This document shows, piece after piece, positions 38,108 through 47,885 of a DNA stretch of 64,000 nucleotides (positions are counted from its first letter, which is position 1; each line of letters starts with the position of its first letter). The notes below the pieces were generated by a model. The model ran no database searches and had not been told where the DNA came from. It was given only the letters and a program-made list of their open reading frames with translations. Location of the stretch: positions 16,528-80,527 of the forward strand of contig JAPKDL010000005.1 of assembly GCA_028822585.1 (NCBI GenBank), read 5' to 3'. The stretch is from Alphaproteobacteria bacterium. Its GTDB lineage: Bacteria > Pseudomonadota > Alphaproteobacteria > UBA8366 > GCA-2717185. The position numbers and the translations under genes were made by a program.

Positions 38108-39424
38108 ATGGCTAAATTTCTCAAGTCGGGATTGAACAAATCTGAACGTGACGACGCGGACGCCAAGGTGCGCGCCCAAGTCGAATCTATTCTCGGCGAT
38201 ATCGAAGAACGCGGCGACGCCGCTGTTCGTGACCTGTCCAAAAAATTTGACGCTTGGAGCCCACAGGACTTCCGGTTGTCGGAAGCCGACATCGAAGCCG
38301 CTCTCAGCAAAGTCGCAAAGCGTGATTTGGACGACATTCGCTTCGCCCAAGAGCAAGTACGCAATTTCGCCACCATCCAGAAAGACAGCATGGCCGAAAT
38401 CGAAGTCGAAACCATGCCCGGTGTCGTGCTGGGGCACAAGAATATCCCGGTCAATTCCGTTGGGTGTTATGTCCCCGGCGGCAAATACCCCATGATCGCC
38501 TCAGCCCATATGAGCGTCGTCACCGCCAAGGTCGCGGGCGTCAAACGGATCGTCGCGTCGGCCCCACCCCAAGGCGGCGCGCCTCACCCCGCAATTGTTG
38601 CGGCTATGCATCTGGGTGGCGCGGATGAAATACTCGTCATTGGAGGCATCCAGGCCGTGGCGGCGATGGCGATGGGCACCCAAACCTTAGCGCCGGTGGA
38701 TATGCTGGTCGGGCCAGGCAACATGTTCGTGGCGGAAGCCAAACGGCAACTCTATGGCCGGGTTGGCATCGACTTATTCGCCGGCCCGACGGAAACGTTG
38801 ATTATCGCCGACGACACCGTTGATGCGGAACTTTGCGCTATCGATTTGCTGGGCCAGGCAGAACATGGCCCAACCTCCCCCGCCGTTTTGATGACCACCT
38901 CAGAAACCCTGGCGCGCGCGACTCTGCAAGAAGTTGATCGCCAGCTGGAGGTATTACCAACGGCAAAAATCGCACGCGAATCCTGGGCCAACTACGGCGC
39001 GGTTATATTATGTGAGAGCGTGGAAGAGATGCGGATCGAAGCCGACAAGCTGGCCTTTGAACATGTCCAGGTAATGACCGAAGACCCAGATTATTTTCTG
39101 AACAACATGACCAATTATGGCGCGCTGTTCCTAGGCCCCCGCACCAATGTGTCTTATGGCGACAAGGTGATCGGCACCAACCATACCCTGCCCACAAAAC
39201 GCGCAGGTCGTTACACGGGCGGCTTATGGGTTGGCAAATTCATCAAGACGCACACCTATCAACGGATTCTGACTGACGAAGCGTCCGCAAAAATTGGTGA
39301 ATATTGTTCACGGCTTTGCATGCTGGAAGGGTTTGCAGGCCATGCGGAACAGGCCAATATACGCGTGCGTCGTTATGGCGGGCGCAACATTGAACCCTAC
39401 ACCGCCGTGGAACCACTCTCGTGA
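38108..39424 (+). CDS. Histidinol-dehydrogenase-family NAD-dependent 4-electron alcohol/aldehyde dehydrogenase (catabolic paralog, HpsN-like possible)
   Basis: 438 aa with '[12 protein letters not shown]', '[17 protein letters not shown]' and 'GTNHTLPT'. It is not in a his-operon context, and its stop overlaps the next start (GTGA). Confidence 0.75.
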   Translation: MAKFLKSGLNKSERDDADAKVRAQVESILGDIEERGDAAVRDLSKKFDAWSPQDFRLSEADIEAALSKVAKRDLDDIRFAQEQVRNFATIQKDSMAEIEVETMPGVVLGHKNIPVNSVGCYVPGGKYPMIASAHMSVVTAKVAGVKRIVASAPPQGGAPHPAIVAAMHLGGADEILVIGGIQAVAAMAMGTQTLAPVDMLVGPGNMFVAEAKRQLYGRVGIDLFAGPTETLIIADDTVDAELCAIDLLGQAEHGPTSPAVLMTTSETLARATLQEVDRQLEVLPTAKIARESWANYGAVILCESVEEMRIEADKLAFEHVQVMTEDPDYFLNNMTNYGALFLGPRTNVSYGDKVIGTNHTLPTKRAGRYTGGLWVGKFIKTHTYQRILTDEASAKIGEYCSRLCMLEGFAGHAEQANIRVRRYGGRNIEPYTAVEPLS

Positions 39425-40353
39425 GCGGCCATATCGCAATCGCCGGTGGCGGATTGGTGGGCTCCGGCTGGGCTATCGTATTCGCGCGCGCCGGTGAGTC
39501 CGTGCGAATCTACGACGCCGACGCCAACATCCGAAATGGCATCATGGATGTCATCCGAGGACAACTAGAAGATCTAAAGGACAACCGCCTTGTCGATGAT
39601 GTCAACGCCATACTGGACCGCATCCAGGTGTGCAGCACCCTGCAATATGCGATTGGCGGAGCGATTTACGTCCAGGAATCCGTATTCGAACAGACCGACG
39701 TGAAAACCGAAATCAGCGCTGCCATTGCGCCATTGCTAAGCGATGGCGCGGTGGTCGGAAGCTCCACCTCCGGCATTCCCGCATCGGACTTCACCGAGAA
39801 CCTGACAAACCGGAACAGGTTTCTGGTCGCCCACCCCGTCAACCCACCTTATCTGGCACCCATCGTGGAGATCGTACCAACGCCGTGGACTGACGAATCC
39901 GCCGTAGAAAGCGCCATGGCGTTGATGCGCACGGTTGGCCAGTCCCCGGTATTGGTGCGGCGTGAAATCAAAGGCTTTCTACTTAATCGCTTGCAAGGCG
40001 CCTTGTTGCGCGAGGCCTGGGCGCTGTTTGAAGGGGGATACGCCAGCGCCGAAGACATCGACAAAACCGTATCGGAAGGACTGGGCCTGCGTTGGTCCTT
40101 CATGGGTCCGTTCGAAACAATTGACCTCAACGCGCCCGGCGGCGTCAAGGATTACGCCGAACGGCTAGGGCCTCTGTACCACGCCATCGACGCCTCGCGC
40201 GACAATCCACAGCCGTGGAGCCCAGATTTAATCCGTGCCGTCGAAGCGGAACGTCGAACGGTGCTGCCCAAAGCTGACTTGGCCAAACGCCGTAATTGGC
40301 GGGATCGGCGGTTGATGGCCTTGGCCGCGCATAAAGCCTCCTTAAAGGATTAA
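39421..40353 (+). CDS. 3-hydroxyacyl-CoA dehydrogenase family, lambda-crystallin / L-gulonate-3-DH / L-carnitine-DH-like
   Basis: '[18 protein letters not shown]' is a Rossmann motif. '[18 protein letters not shown]' and '[17 protein letters not shown]' closely match CRYL1-type sequences from memory. The start is GTG. Confidence 0.75.
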   Translation: MSGHIAIAGGGLVGSGWAIVFARAGESVRIYDADANIRNGIMDVIRGQLEDLKDNRLVDDVNAILDRIQVCSTLQYAIGGAIYVQESVFEQTDVKTEISAAIAPLLSDGAVVGSSTSGIPASDFTENLTNRNRFLVAHPVNPPYLAPIVEIVPTPWTDESAVESAMALMRTVGQSPVLVRREIKGFLLNRLQGALLREAWALFEGGYASAEDIDKTVSEGLGLRWSFMGPFETIDLNAPGGVKDYAERLGPLYHAIDASRDNPQPWSPDLIRAVEAERRTVLPKADLAKRRNWRDRRLMALAAHKASLKD

Positions 40354-40358
40354 GCGAT

Positions 40359-41132
40359 ATGGACGACGCGCTTACCAAAACAATCGAAGCCTTTCGCCTG
40401 GATGGCCTCCAGGGGGTCGTAACCGGGGCATCTCGTGGTCTGGGGAAAGGCTGCGCACTGGCGCTGGCGGGCGCCGGGGCGGATGTTACGGTGATCGGGC
40501 GCAATCAGGTGGATTTGGACTCCGTCGCGGAAGAAATTCGCGCCGTGGGTCGGAAAGCAACCGTCATCACGGTCGATGTGACCAATATCGATTTGTTTGC
40601 AGACAAGCTCGGCGAACTATCTCGCATTGATATTTTCGTCAACAACGCCGGGACGAACCGTCCACAGCCGTTCTTGTCGGTCGATCCGGAAACCTATGAC
40701 GCCCTGATGGATGTAAACTTACGCGGCGCGTTTTTCGCAGCCCAGGCGGCGGCGCGGATGATGGTGGCGGCGAAACGCGGTGGGTCGATCATTAACATGT
40801 CCAGTCAGGCGGGACACCGCGCGCTGCGCGACCGAACCGTCTATTCCGCCAGTAAATTCGGATTGGAAGGCTTGACCAAGGCGATGGCCTTTGAATTGGC
40901 GGAACATAGCATCCGCGTCAATGCGGTGGCGCCAACCTTTGTCGAAACTCCCTTGGCCAACCAGTTCCTGCAAAATAAGGACTTTCGGAATTATGTCGAA
41001 GGCAAGATCAGACTACCCCGGCTTGGACAAGTCGACGACGTCGCGGCGGCGGTGCTGTATCTCGCGTCTCCCGCTGCTTCCATGGTCACGGGGACGTCGC
41101 TGCTAGTGGATGGCGGCTGGACGATTCACTGA
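40359..41132 (+). CDS. SDR family oxidoreductase
   Basis: 257 aa with 'VTGASRGLGKGCA' and 'YSASKFG'. Confidence 0.85.
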   Translation: MDDALTKTIEAFRLDGLQGVVTGASRGLGKGCALALAGAGADVTVIGRNQVDLDSVAEEIRAVGRKATVITVDVTNIDLFADKLGELSRIDIFVNNAGTNRPQPFLSVDPETYDALMDVNLRGAFFAAQAAARMMVAAKRGGSIINMSSQAGHRALRDRTVYSASKFGLEGLTKAMAFELAEHSIRVNAVAPTFVETPLANQFLQNKDFRNYVEGKIRLPRLGQVDDVAAAVLYLASPAASMVTGTSLLVDGGWTIH

Positions 41133-41831
41133 TGTCCCTGAGATGTGGAGGGCCCTGCGATAGGCCGCGTTACAGTCACCACGGTCCCAACGCCAATTTT
41201 GCTTTCAGTCACAAGCGCGCCTACATAAGGTTCGACGAAGGATTTTACAATGGCTAAGCCAAGGCCCGTGCCTTCCTGGAGTTTATATGGATCGGAGTCC
41301 ACACGTAACGTATAAAAGGTCCAGTGAGATCTAGAATTTTGTCCTTTGGCACACCAAGCCCGGCATCTCGAATTTCAAATTTCAAGATATCGTTAGTCGC
41401 CAACACCGTTAATGTAACTCTGCCGTACTTCATGGTGAATGCTGTAGCATTTGACAAAAGGTTCGAAACGATCGGCTTGAGGGCCCAGTAATCGGCTACG
41501 GTTTCCGGTAGGATGTTTGGAAGTTTTTTAGAAAAGCGAAATTTTTTTGCACCATTTCTTCGTCAAAAACAGGGGTGCAGTCCTGAATGGTTTCGTGAAG
41601 GTTAAGTGGTGTCGCTTGGATCTGATGTTTCTCAGCTTCAATCGCAGACAAGTGCAAAAGACATTTGATCAGGTTTAACAAATGTCCGCCGCTAGACTCG
41701 ATATCCTTGGCATATTCATCCATCCCCGCTTCGATCAAGGTTGTATCTTCGGCGCTCATCCGCTTGCGCATGTCGACGCTGGTCACTTCGCCTACGAAGA
41801 CCGGATGAATTTGGCGGATGGTAGCGCTCAC
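41126..41831 (-). pseudogene. Degraded sensor histidine kinase (HisKA + HATPase_c fragments in three frames) headed by a TfdA/TauD-like N-terminal fragment
   Basis: ORF 41496..41831 reads 'IRQIHPVFVGEVTSVDMRKRMSAEDTTLIEAGMDEY' (TfdA-like) followed by 'SGGHLLNLIKCLLHLSAIEAEKHQIQATPLNL' (HisKA). ORF 41254..41457 reads 'LKFEIRDAGLGVPKDKI'. A further frame reads 'EGTGLGLAIVKSFVEPYVGALVTESKIGVGTVVTV', ending at 41126. Confidence 0.65.
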
Positions 41832-41955
41832 GATAGGACTCCCTGAAAATCCTTTAGCGCTGCTGGCTTGCGGGTCTATTCCCAGGCAGCGTATAATTGT
41901 GGTCCGAGTTAGGCAAACTCAGCCGGTGCGGCAAATTCAACAGGAGCAACATAAT

Positions 41956-43149
41956 ATGAGTGGTGGTCCCTTGGATGGAATCCGCGTCATTGACATGACG
42001 ACGGTCGTCGTCGGCCCTATTTGCGGGCGAACCCTGGCGGACCAAGGCGCGGAGGTTATCAAGGTCGAAGCACCCGGCGGCGACCTCCTGCGCACCATGG
42101 CGCAGGGCAGCCGCAATCCCGGCATGTCCGGCAAGTTTATGAATTTCAACCGCAACAAACGCTCAATCTGCCTGAACCTGAAACATCCCGACGGTGCCGC
42201 AGCGATGAAGAAATTAATCCAAAGCGCCGACGTCTTCGTCAGCAACGTGCGGCCGGAAGCGTTGGAACGCGCTGGATTGGACGCCGACTCCCTGCTCGCG
42301 GAAAACCCGCGCTTGATCCATTGCGGCATACTGGCCTTCGGGCGCGGCGGGCGGTACTACAATCGCCCCGCCTATGACCCCATCATCCAAAGCCTGTCCG
42401 GTGTCGCCGGCACGTTCGAACGCGCCATTGGCCAACCTCGATTTGTGCCGATGGTGATGACCGATCACGTCACTGGTCTTATCGCCGCACAATGCATCGG
42501 GTTCGCCCTGTATCGCCGGGAACGCACCGGCAAAGGGGAAGCCGTTGAAGTGCCGATGCTAGAAAACATGGCGTCCTTCGTCACCAGCGAGCATCTGGGC
42601 GCGGCCACCTTTGATCCGCCCGTTGGGCCCACCGGCGATGGCCGCTTGTTGAACAAAGACTACCGTCCGCTGGCCACGGTCGACGGCTATATCACCGTTG
42701 GCCCCAACACCAACCCGCAGGCCTTCGCTTTTTTCGACGCCATCGGACGCCCCGAACTCAAAACCGACCCGCGTTTCGATAGCGCCGCCCACCGGTCCGC
42801 CCACGCGGCGGATTATTTCCAGGTACGGGGCGAAGGATTGCTGCAAAAAACCACGGATGAGTGGCTGGATATTTTCGAAAAACTAGATGTGCCCGCGGCA
42901 CGGTACAATTCCATCGATGATTTGATGGAGGACCCCCACCTCAACGACGTCAATTTCTTCACCACCGAAGACCACCCCAGCGAGGGCCGCATCCGGCGCA
43001 CCAAAATCCCCAATGTCTTTCACGGCGGCATGCGCAAAGACGAACTGCCCGCGCCGCTCCTGGGACAGCACACCGGTGACGTGTTGCAGGAAATTGGCTA
43101 TAGCGACGAAGATATCACGCGCATGTGCGACGAAGGGGCGGTGTCCTAA
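41956..43149 (+). CDS. Family III (CaiB/BaiF-type) CoA-transferase
   Basis: 'GPLDGIRVIDMTTVVVGPICGRTLADQGAEVIKVE' is the canonical N-terminus. I took the start at ATG 41956 after CAGGAG. The track start 41818 adds an implausible 46-aa leader. Confidence 0.85.
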   Translation: MSGGPLDGIRVIDMTTVVVGPICGRTLADQGAEVIKVEAPGGDLLRTMAQGSRNPGMSGKFMNFNRNKRSICLNLKHPDGAAAMKKLIQSADVFVSNVRPEALERAGLDADSLLAENPRLIHCGILAFGRGGRYYNRPAYDPIIQSLSGVAGTFERAIGQPRFVPMVMTDHVTGLIAAQCIGFALYRRERTGKGEAVEVPMLENMASFVTSEHLGAATFDPPVGPTGDGRLLNKDYRPLATVDGYITVGPNTNPQAFAFFDAIGRPELKTDPRFDSAAHRSAHAADYFQVRGEGLLQKTTDEWLDIFEKLDVPAARYNSIDDLMEDPHLNDVNFFTTEDHPSEGRIRRTKIPNVFHGGMRKDELPAPLLGQHTGDVLQEIGYSDEDITRMCDEGAVS

Positions 43150-43713
43150 GTTTTGCGTTAAGCGTTGAGTAGAGATTCCATTGCAAACAAAATTAGTGAA
43201 ATAATTTCGTGGAGAGCCCACTTTGACGGATCATCGACGCCAAGGTTTTAGATAGGGTATCCTGGTCAATGTTATGAACATGAGACCGTAATCACACACC
43301 GTTTACCGTTAATATGAGCATCATAAATTCTGCGGCTTCCTTTTCGCTGAACTTGCCAAAAACCGGTTTCTTCAAGAATTCCTACACCGGCCTATAGTTT
43401 ACGCAGGCGACGGAAGCATTATTCCGGCGCGGCCGTCACCGTTGCCGTTCGGTTTGAAGATTGCCTGGAAGACAAGCCGGGCAAACTTTATAAGCAATGC
43501 AAAAGGAGCCTTCCGCCTTAAAAGTGCAGATTGTTCGTCTTCGGGAAGCGTGCGAATATATTGGACATACTAAGACATGGCTATATCCAGCGATTGTCCT
43601 GTCCTTCTGCATATATTCTGATTAGATTTTTCATCGGCTGACTCTGAGTTACCAAAGTCTACCCTTCCCCCGTGTCGCACGGTAACGCCCTTACAGCGAC
43701 ATTTGAATTCTCT

Positions 43714-44499
43714 TTAGTGCGTAGTGTAACCACCATCAATAAGTAAATCCGTCCCCTGCATGTAGGTCGCGTCCGTCACCGCCAGGTAATAGGCGAGCTC
43801 GGCAACTTCTTCGGGCTTACCGAAGCGGCCTGAGCGCAAATACGACGTGCGCGTTTCCGCGTAATCCGGGTCGTTCTCCAACCGGTCGAGGATCGGTTGG
43901 GTCAACACGGGACCGGGACTGATGGCGTTCACGATTATGTTTTCCCGCCCCAATTCATAAGCCATGGTTTTGGTCAGATGGATCAACGCTGCCTTGGTCA
44001 AACCATACACGGCGCGATTATCAAAGGTGATGTGTCCCATTTGGCTGGCGATATGAATGATCCGCCCCCCGCCTTGTTCGCGCATCGTCGGCAACACCGC
44101 CTGGCTGGCGAAAAATGCCGCCGACACATTAACCGCCACTATTTTATCAAACTCTTCGCGGGTGAAATCACCAAACTTCACATGGTCACGGATGCCTGCG
44201 TTGTTCACCAACACATCAATGCGGCCAAATTTTGCCACCGCGGCGGCGATCATGGCTTCCGGTGCATCGGGTTTGGACAGGTCGAATAAGCCCGTTTCCA
44301 CCACGCCGTTCCCTGGGCATAGCTTCCGGCACTCTTCCGACACTTTCGCCAAACCATCCGCCGTTCCTTCAGCAGCGAGGAAGAGCGACGCGCCTTCGGC
44401 GGCGTAACGGCGGCCAATGGCGTCCCCAAGCCCCTTTTCCGTCGACGCGCCAGTAATGACCGCAACCTTGCCCACTAATTGCCCATCCAAGTTCCCCAT
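43714..44499 (-). CDS. SDR family oxidoreductase
   Basis: 261 aa with 'VITGASTEKGLGDAIG', 'NNAG' and 'YGLTKAA'. Confidence 0.85.
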   Translation of the reverse strand: MGNLDGQLVGKVAVITGASTEKGLGDAIGRRYAAEGASLFLAAEGTADGLAKVSEECRKLCPGNGVVETGLFDLSKPDAPEAMIAAAVAKFGRIDVLVNNAGIRDHVKFGDFTREEFDKIVAVNVSAAFFASQAVLPTMREQGGGRIIHIASQMGHITFDNRAVYGLTKAALIHLTKTMAYELGRENIIVNAISPGPVLTQPILDRLENDPDYAETRTSYLRSGRFGKPEEVAELAYYLAVTDATYMQGTDLLIDGGYTTH

Positions 44500-44529
44500 A
44501 CCGCGACCCCCCCATTTTTGTTTCCAGGC

Positions 44530-45165
44530 TCAAGCCTGTTTCCGCACAATCGCGTGGATACGGTCGTGCAACTCAACATGTTCAGGATCATCGAAACCCA
44601 GCCGTTCATAGGCTTTGACCATGGCAGACAGATATTCATAGCACCAGCCGTTCGGCCCTTTCGCCCCGGACATGACCCAGGCCTTGTCTTCAAGTGACAA
44701 CTCGCCCGCAAAATTTTGATGCGCCTCATTGGCGACATAAACCACGCCGTGCACGATACCCTGTTCCGTTTCCAACGGTAGCCAAGGCGCGTGATAAACG
44801 CCCGATGACATTTCCCGAACCCACAACGCCTCCAACACCTCTTCAAGGGTATGATCATTAGCCAATCGAAATGCGACGCCTTTTATCGGACCACCGCCGG
44901 GCACGATGCCCAAGCCTAGACCCGGCCGTTCCGGGCTGCCGCGCCCTCGCGTAGTCCAGAAACAGAACGAGCGGCGATGATCGTTTAGCGTCGCAATGCG
45001 TTTTTCCGCTGGTTCAAAACGGGGGTCCCACATCAACGATCCGTATCCGAAGATCCAAATATCATCGCCATTGGGGTTGCGCGACAATGTGTCCGCCATG
45101 TTGGCGCGGCGCACCTCATCAGGGAAATTGAACGGTTTCAATTCCTTTGGTAATTCAACAGTCAT
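44530..45165 (-). CDS. chaC: ChaC-family gamma-glutamylcyclotransferase
   Basis: 211 aa. 'IWIFGYGSLMWDPRF' is the ChaC/GGCT signature. Confidence 0.75.
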   Translation of the reverse strand: MTVELPKELKPFNFPDEVRRANMADTLSRNPNGDDIWIFGYGSLMWDPRFEPAEKRIATLNDHRRSFCFWTTRGRGSPERPGLGLGIVPGGGPIKGVAFRLANDHTLEEVLEALWVREMSSGVYHAPWLPLETEQGIVHGVVYVANEAHQNFAGELSLEDKAWVMSGAKGPNGWCYEYLSAMVKAYERLGFDDPEHVELHDRIHAIVRKQA

Positions 45166-45172
45166 CGTAGTG

Positions 45173-47851
45173 CTACAAAGTCCCTAGCGCTTCGCGCAGA
45201 CAATAATTCAACATCCCGCCATGTGCGTAATATTGGACATCGACGACCGTGTCCAAACGGCTGGTCAACTCAATGTCCTCATGGCTTCCATCGGCGCGCG
45301 TGATGCGGCACGCGACATTCATGCGCGGCGTCAGCGCGCCATCCAACCCGGTGATATCGAAAGTCTCGCCACCGTCCAGCGCCAGTGTCTTGCGCGTTAC
45401 ACCCTTTGGAAACTCCAGGGGCATGACGCCCATGCCAATCAGATTGGAGCGATGAATGCGTTCCAGACTTTCCGCGATGACCGCGCGAACGCCCAGCATC
45501 TTCGTGCCCTTCGCTGCCCAGTCCCGTGACGACCCCGTGCCGTAATATTCGCCACCAATCACCACCAACGGCACATTGTCCGCTGCGTATTTGACTGCAG
45601 CGTCAAAGACGCTCATCACCATACCCGACGGCATGTGACGGGTGAACCCGCCTTCAGTGCCCGGCACCATTTCATTGCGGAAGCGAATATTTGCGAAGGT
45701 GCCGCGGATCATGACTTCATGGTTCGTGCGCCGCGTGCCATAGATATTGAAATCCTGCGGCTCAACGCCCCGGTCCAGCAGGTATTGCCCGGCAGGAATA
45801 TCCACTGGAATGGCGCCTACCGGCGAAATATGATCCGTCGTGGTCATGTCTCCCGCCATGATCAGCGGTCGCGCACCGTGGATATTCGCGACCGGCGCCG
45901 GCTTCAGCCCGGCACCTTCGAACAGTGGCGGCAACTTGATATACGTACTGTCTTCATTCCAATCGAAGGTCACGCCGTTGGAAACAGGCAATGCCGCCCA
46001 CCGGTCGTCGCCATCGAAAGCGGTGGCATAGCGCGCTTGATACAAATCGGGCGTCACAGCGGCGGCAATCACAGCGTCGATGTCCGATTGGCTGGGCCAG
46101 ACGTCTTTGAGGTAAACAGGCGCACCGTCTGCGCCCTCGCCCAACGGCTCACGGGTCAAATCCCGGTCCAGAACGCCCGTAATCGCGTAAGCGACGACCA
46201 GCGGCGGCGACGCCAAATAATTCACTCGGCACAACGGATGGACCCGGCCTTCGAAATTCCTATTGCCGGACAACACCGCGCCAACGACACGGTCACTGTC
46301 ATTGATGGTTTGGGTAATATTTTTATCCAGCGGGCCCGACAAACCGCCGCAACTCATGCAGCCAAAGCCGACGATGTTGAACCCAAGCGTATTCAAATCA
46401 TCCTGCAATCCGGCTTTCTCTAGATAGTCGGCGACGACAGCGGACCCCGGCGACAACGATGTCTTCACCCAAGGCTGAACCTTCAACCCCTTCGCCACCG
46501 CGTTGCGGGCCAGCAATCCCGCACCAATCATGACCGCCGGATTGGAGGTGTTGGTGCAACTTGCAATCGCCGCCAACACAACCGCGCCGTCCTGTAATTC
46601 ATAATCAGCGCCTTCGACAGCAGCCGCGGCGCCATCACGACCCATGTCGGCCATGGCGTCGGTATAGCTTTTGGGTACCTGGCTCAACGAAGTGCGCTGG
46701 TTGGGGCGATAAGGCCCAGCGAGACTGGTTTCGATATCACCAAGATCAATGTTGACGATGTCCTTGAACGCCGGGTCACTGTCACCGCGCCACAACCCTT
46801 GTTCCTTGGCATAGGCTTCCACCAGCGCGATCTGATCCGCGTCACGGCCCGTGGTGCGCAGGAAATCGAGCGTCCGGTTATCGATGGGGAAATATCCCAT
46901 CGTCGCGCCATATTCTGGTGCCATGTTGGACAAGGTCGCGCGATCGGTTAGCGCAAGGTTTTCCAGACCTGGACCGCAGAATTCAACGAACTTTCCGACA
47001 ACGCCATGCGCGCGTAGCCGTTCCGTTACGGTTAGAACCGCGTCCGTGGCCGTCGTACCTTCCGGCAACGACCCCGTCACCCGGCATCCGACCACTTCGG
47101 GTATCAGCATCGATACGGGCTGCCCCAACATGGCCGCGCCCGCTTCCAACCCACCAACGCCCCACCCCATAATGCCCAGGGAATTGATCATCGGCGTGTG
47201 GCTGTCCATGCCCAACAACGTGTCGGGATAGGCGTAGTGTTCGCCATCCCTGTCTTCCGTCCAAACTACGCGGCCAATATGTTCCAGATTGACCTGATGC
47301 AGAATGCCCGCGCCCGGCGGCGCCACGCGGATATTGCTGTAATTTTCCTGCGCCCATTTTACAAAGCTGTAGCGTTCACTGTTGCGTTCATATTCGCGCG
47401 TCATATTTCGCGCCAAGGCGTCGGGCGTTCCGTGGAAATCAACGGTGACCGAATGATCAATGATCAAATCAATCGGCAGACGCGGGTTAATCGACGCCGG
47501 GTCGCCGCCCAACGCTTTCACTGCATCACGCATGGCGGATAAATCGACCAGCAAGGGCACGCCAGACATATCCGGCATAAGGATACGCACGGGATGAAAC
47601 GCCACTTCACGTTCCGGCGCGTCCTGATCCGCCCAACGGCCCAACACGCCGAGATCATCTCGCGAGACCGAGATGCTATCCAAATTCCGCAGTAGATTTT
47701 CGGTCAACACCAACAGTGATTTCGGCAACCGAGAAAAATCTCCCATCCCCGATTCTTCCGCAACGCGCAAGCTGTGATAGCAATATTTTGCGTCGCCGAC
47801 AGTCAGGCGTCGCACAAAATCCGAACTCGAATTACCAGCCATAAAGGTCAC
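45173..47851 (-). CDS. acnA: Aconitate hydratase A
   Basis: 892 aa. It carries 'IDHSVTVD', 'IASCTNTSNP', 'GFGCMSCGG' (Fe-S Cys ligand regions) and C-terminal 'GGEYYGTGSSRDWAAKG'. Confidence 0.9.
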   Translation of the reverse strand: MTFMAGNSSSDFVRRLTVGDAKYCYHSLRVAEESGMGDFSRLPKSLLVLTENLLRNLDSISVSRDDLGVLGRWADQDAPEREVAFHPVRILMPDMSGVPLLVDLSAMRDAVKALGGDPASINPRLPIDLIIDHSVTVDFHGTPDALARNMTREYERNSERYSFVKWAQENYSNIRVAPPGAGILHQVNLEHIGRVVWTEDRDGEHYAYPDTLLGMDSHTPMINSLGIMGWGVGGLEAGAAMLGQPVSMLIPEVVGCRVTGSLPEGTTATDAVLTVTERLRAHGVVGKFVEFCGPGLENLALTDRATLSNMAPEYGATMGYFPIDNRTLDFLRTTGRDADQIALVEAYAKEQGLWRGDSDPAFKDIVNIDLGDIETSLAGPYRPNQRTSLSQVPKSYTDAMADMGRDGAAAAVEGADYELQDGAVVLAAIASCTNTSNPAVMIGAGLLARNAVAKGLKVQPWVKTSLSPGSAVVADYLEKAGLQDDLNTLGFNIVGFGCMSCGGLSGPLDKNITQTINDSDRVVGAVLSGNRNFEGRVHPLCRVNYLASPPLVVAYAITGVLDRDLTREPLGEGADGAPVYLKDVWPSQSDIDAVIAAAVTPDLYQARYATAFDGDDRWAALPVSNGVTFDWNEDSTYIKLPPLFEGAGLKPAPVANIHGARPLIMAGDMTTTDHISPVGAIPVDIPAGQYLLDRGVEPQDFNIYGTRRTNHEVMIRGTFANIRFRNEMVPGTEGGFTRHMPSGMVMSVFDAAVKYAADNVPLVVIGGEYYGTGSSRDWAAKGTKMLGVRAVIAESLERIHRSNLIGMGVMPLEFPKGVTRKTLALDGGETFDITGLDGALTPRMNVACRITRADGSHEDIELTSRLDTVVDVQYYAHGGMLNYCLREALGTL

Positions 47852-47885
47852 TCCGTCTATTGGTGGGTTTGATCAACGCCAAAGA

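Noticed and set aside
38108-39424. Calling this gene the biosynthetic histidinol dehydrogenase hisD.
   Set aside because: The family membership is clear. However, the gene is translationally coupled to a catabolic-type dehydrogenase, sits among dioxygenases, and no other his genes are nearby. HisD-family paralogs with other substrates, such as HpsN, are established. I therefore left the symbol empty pending phylogeny.
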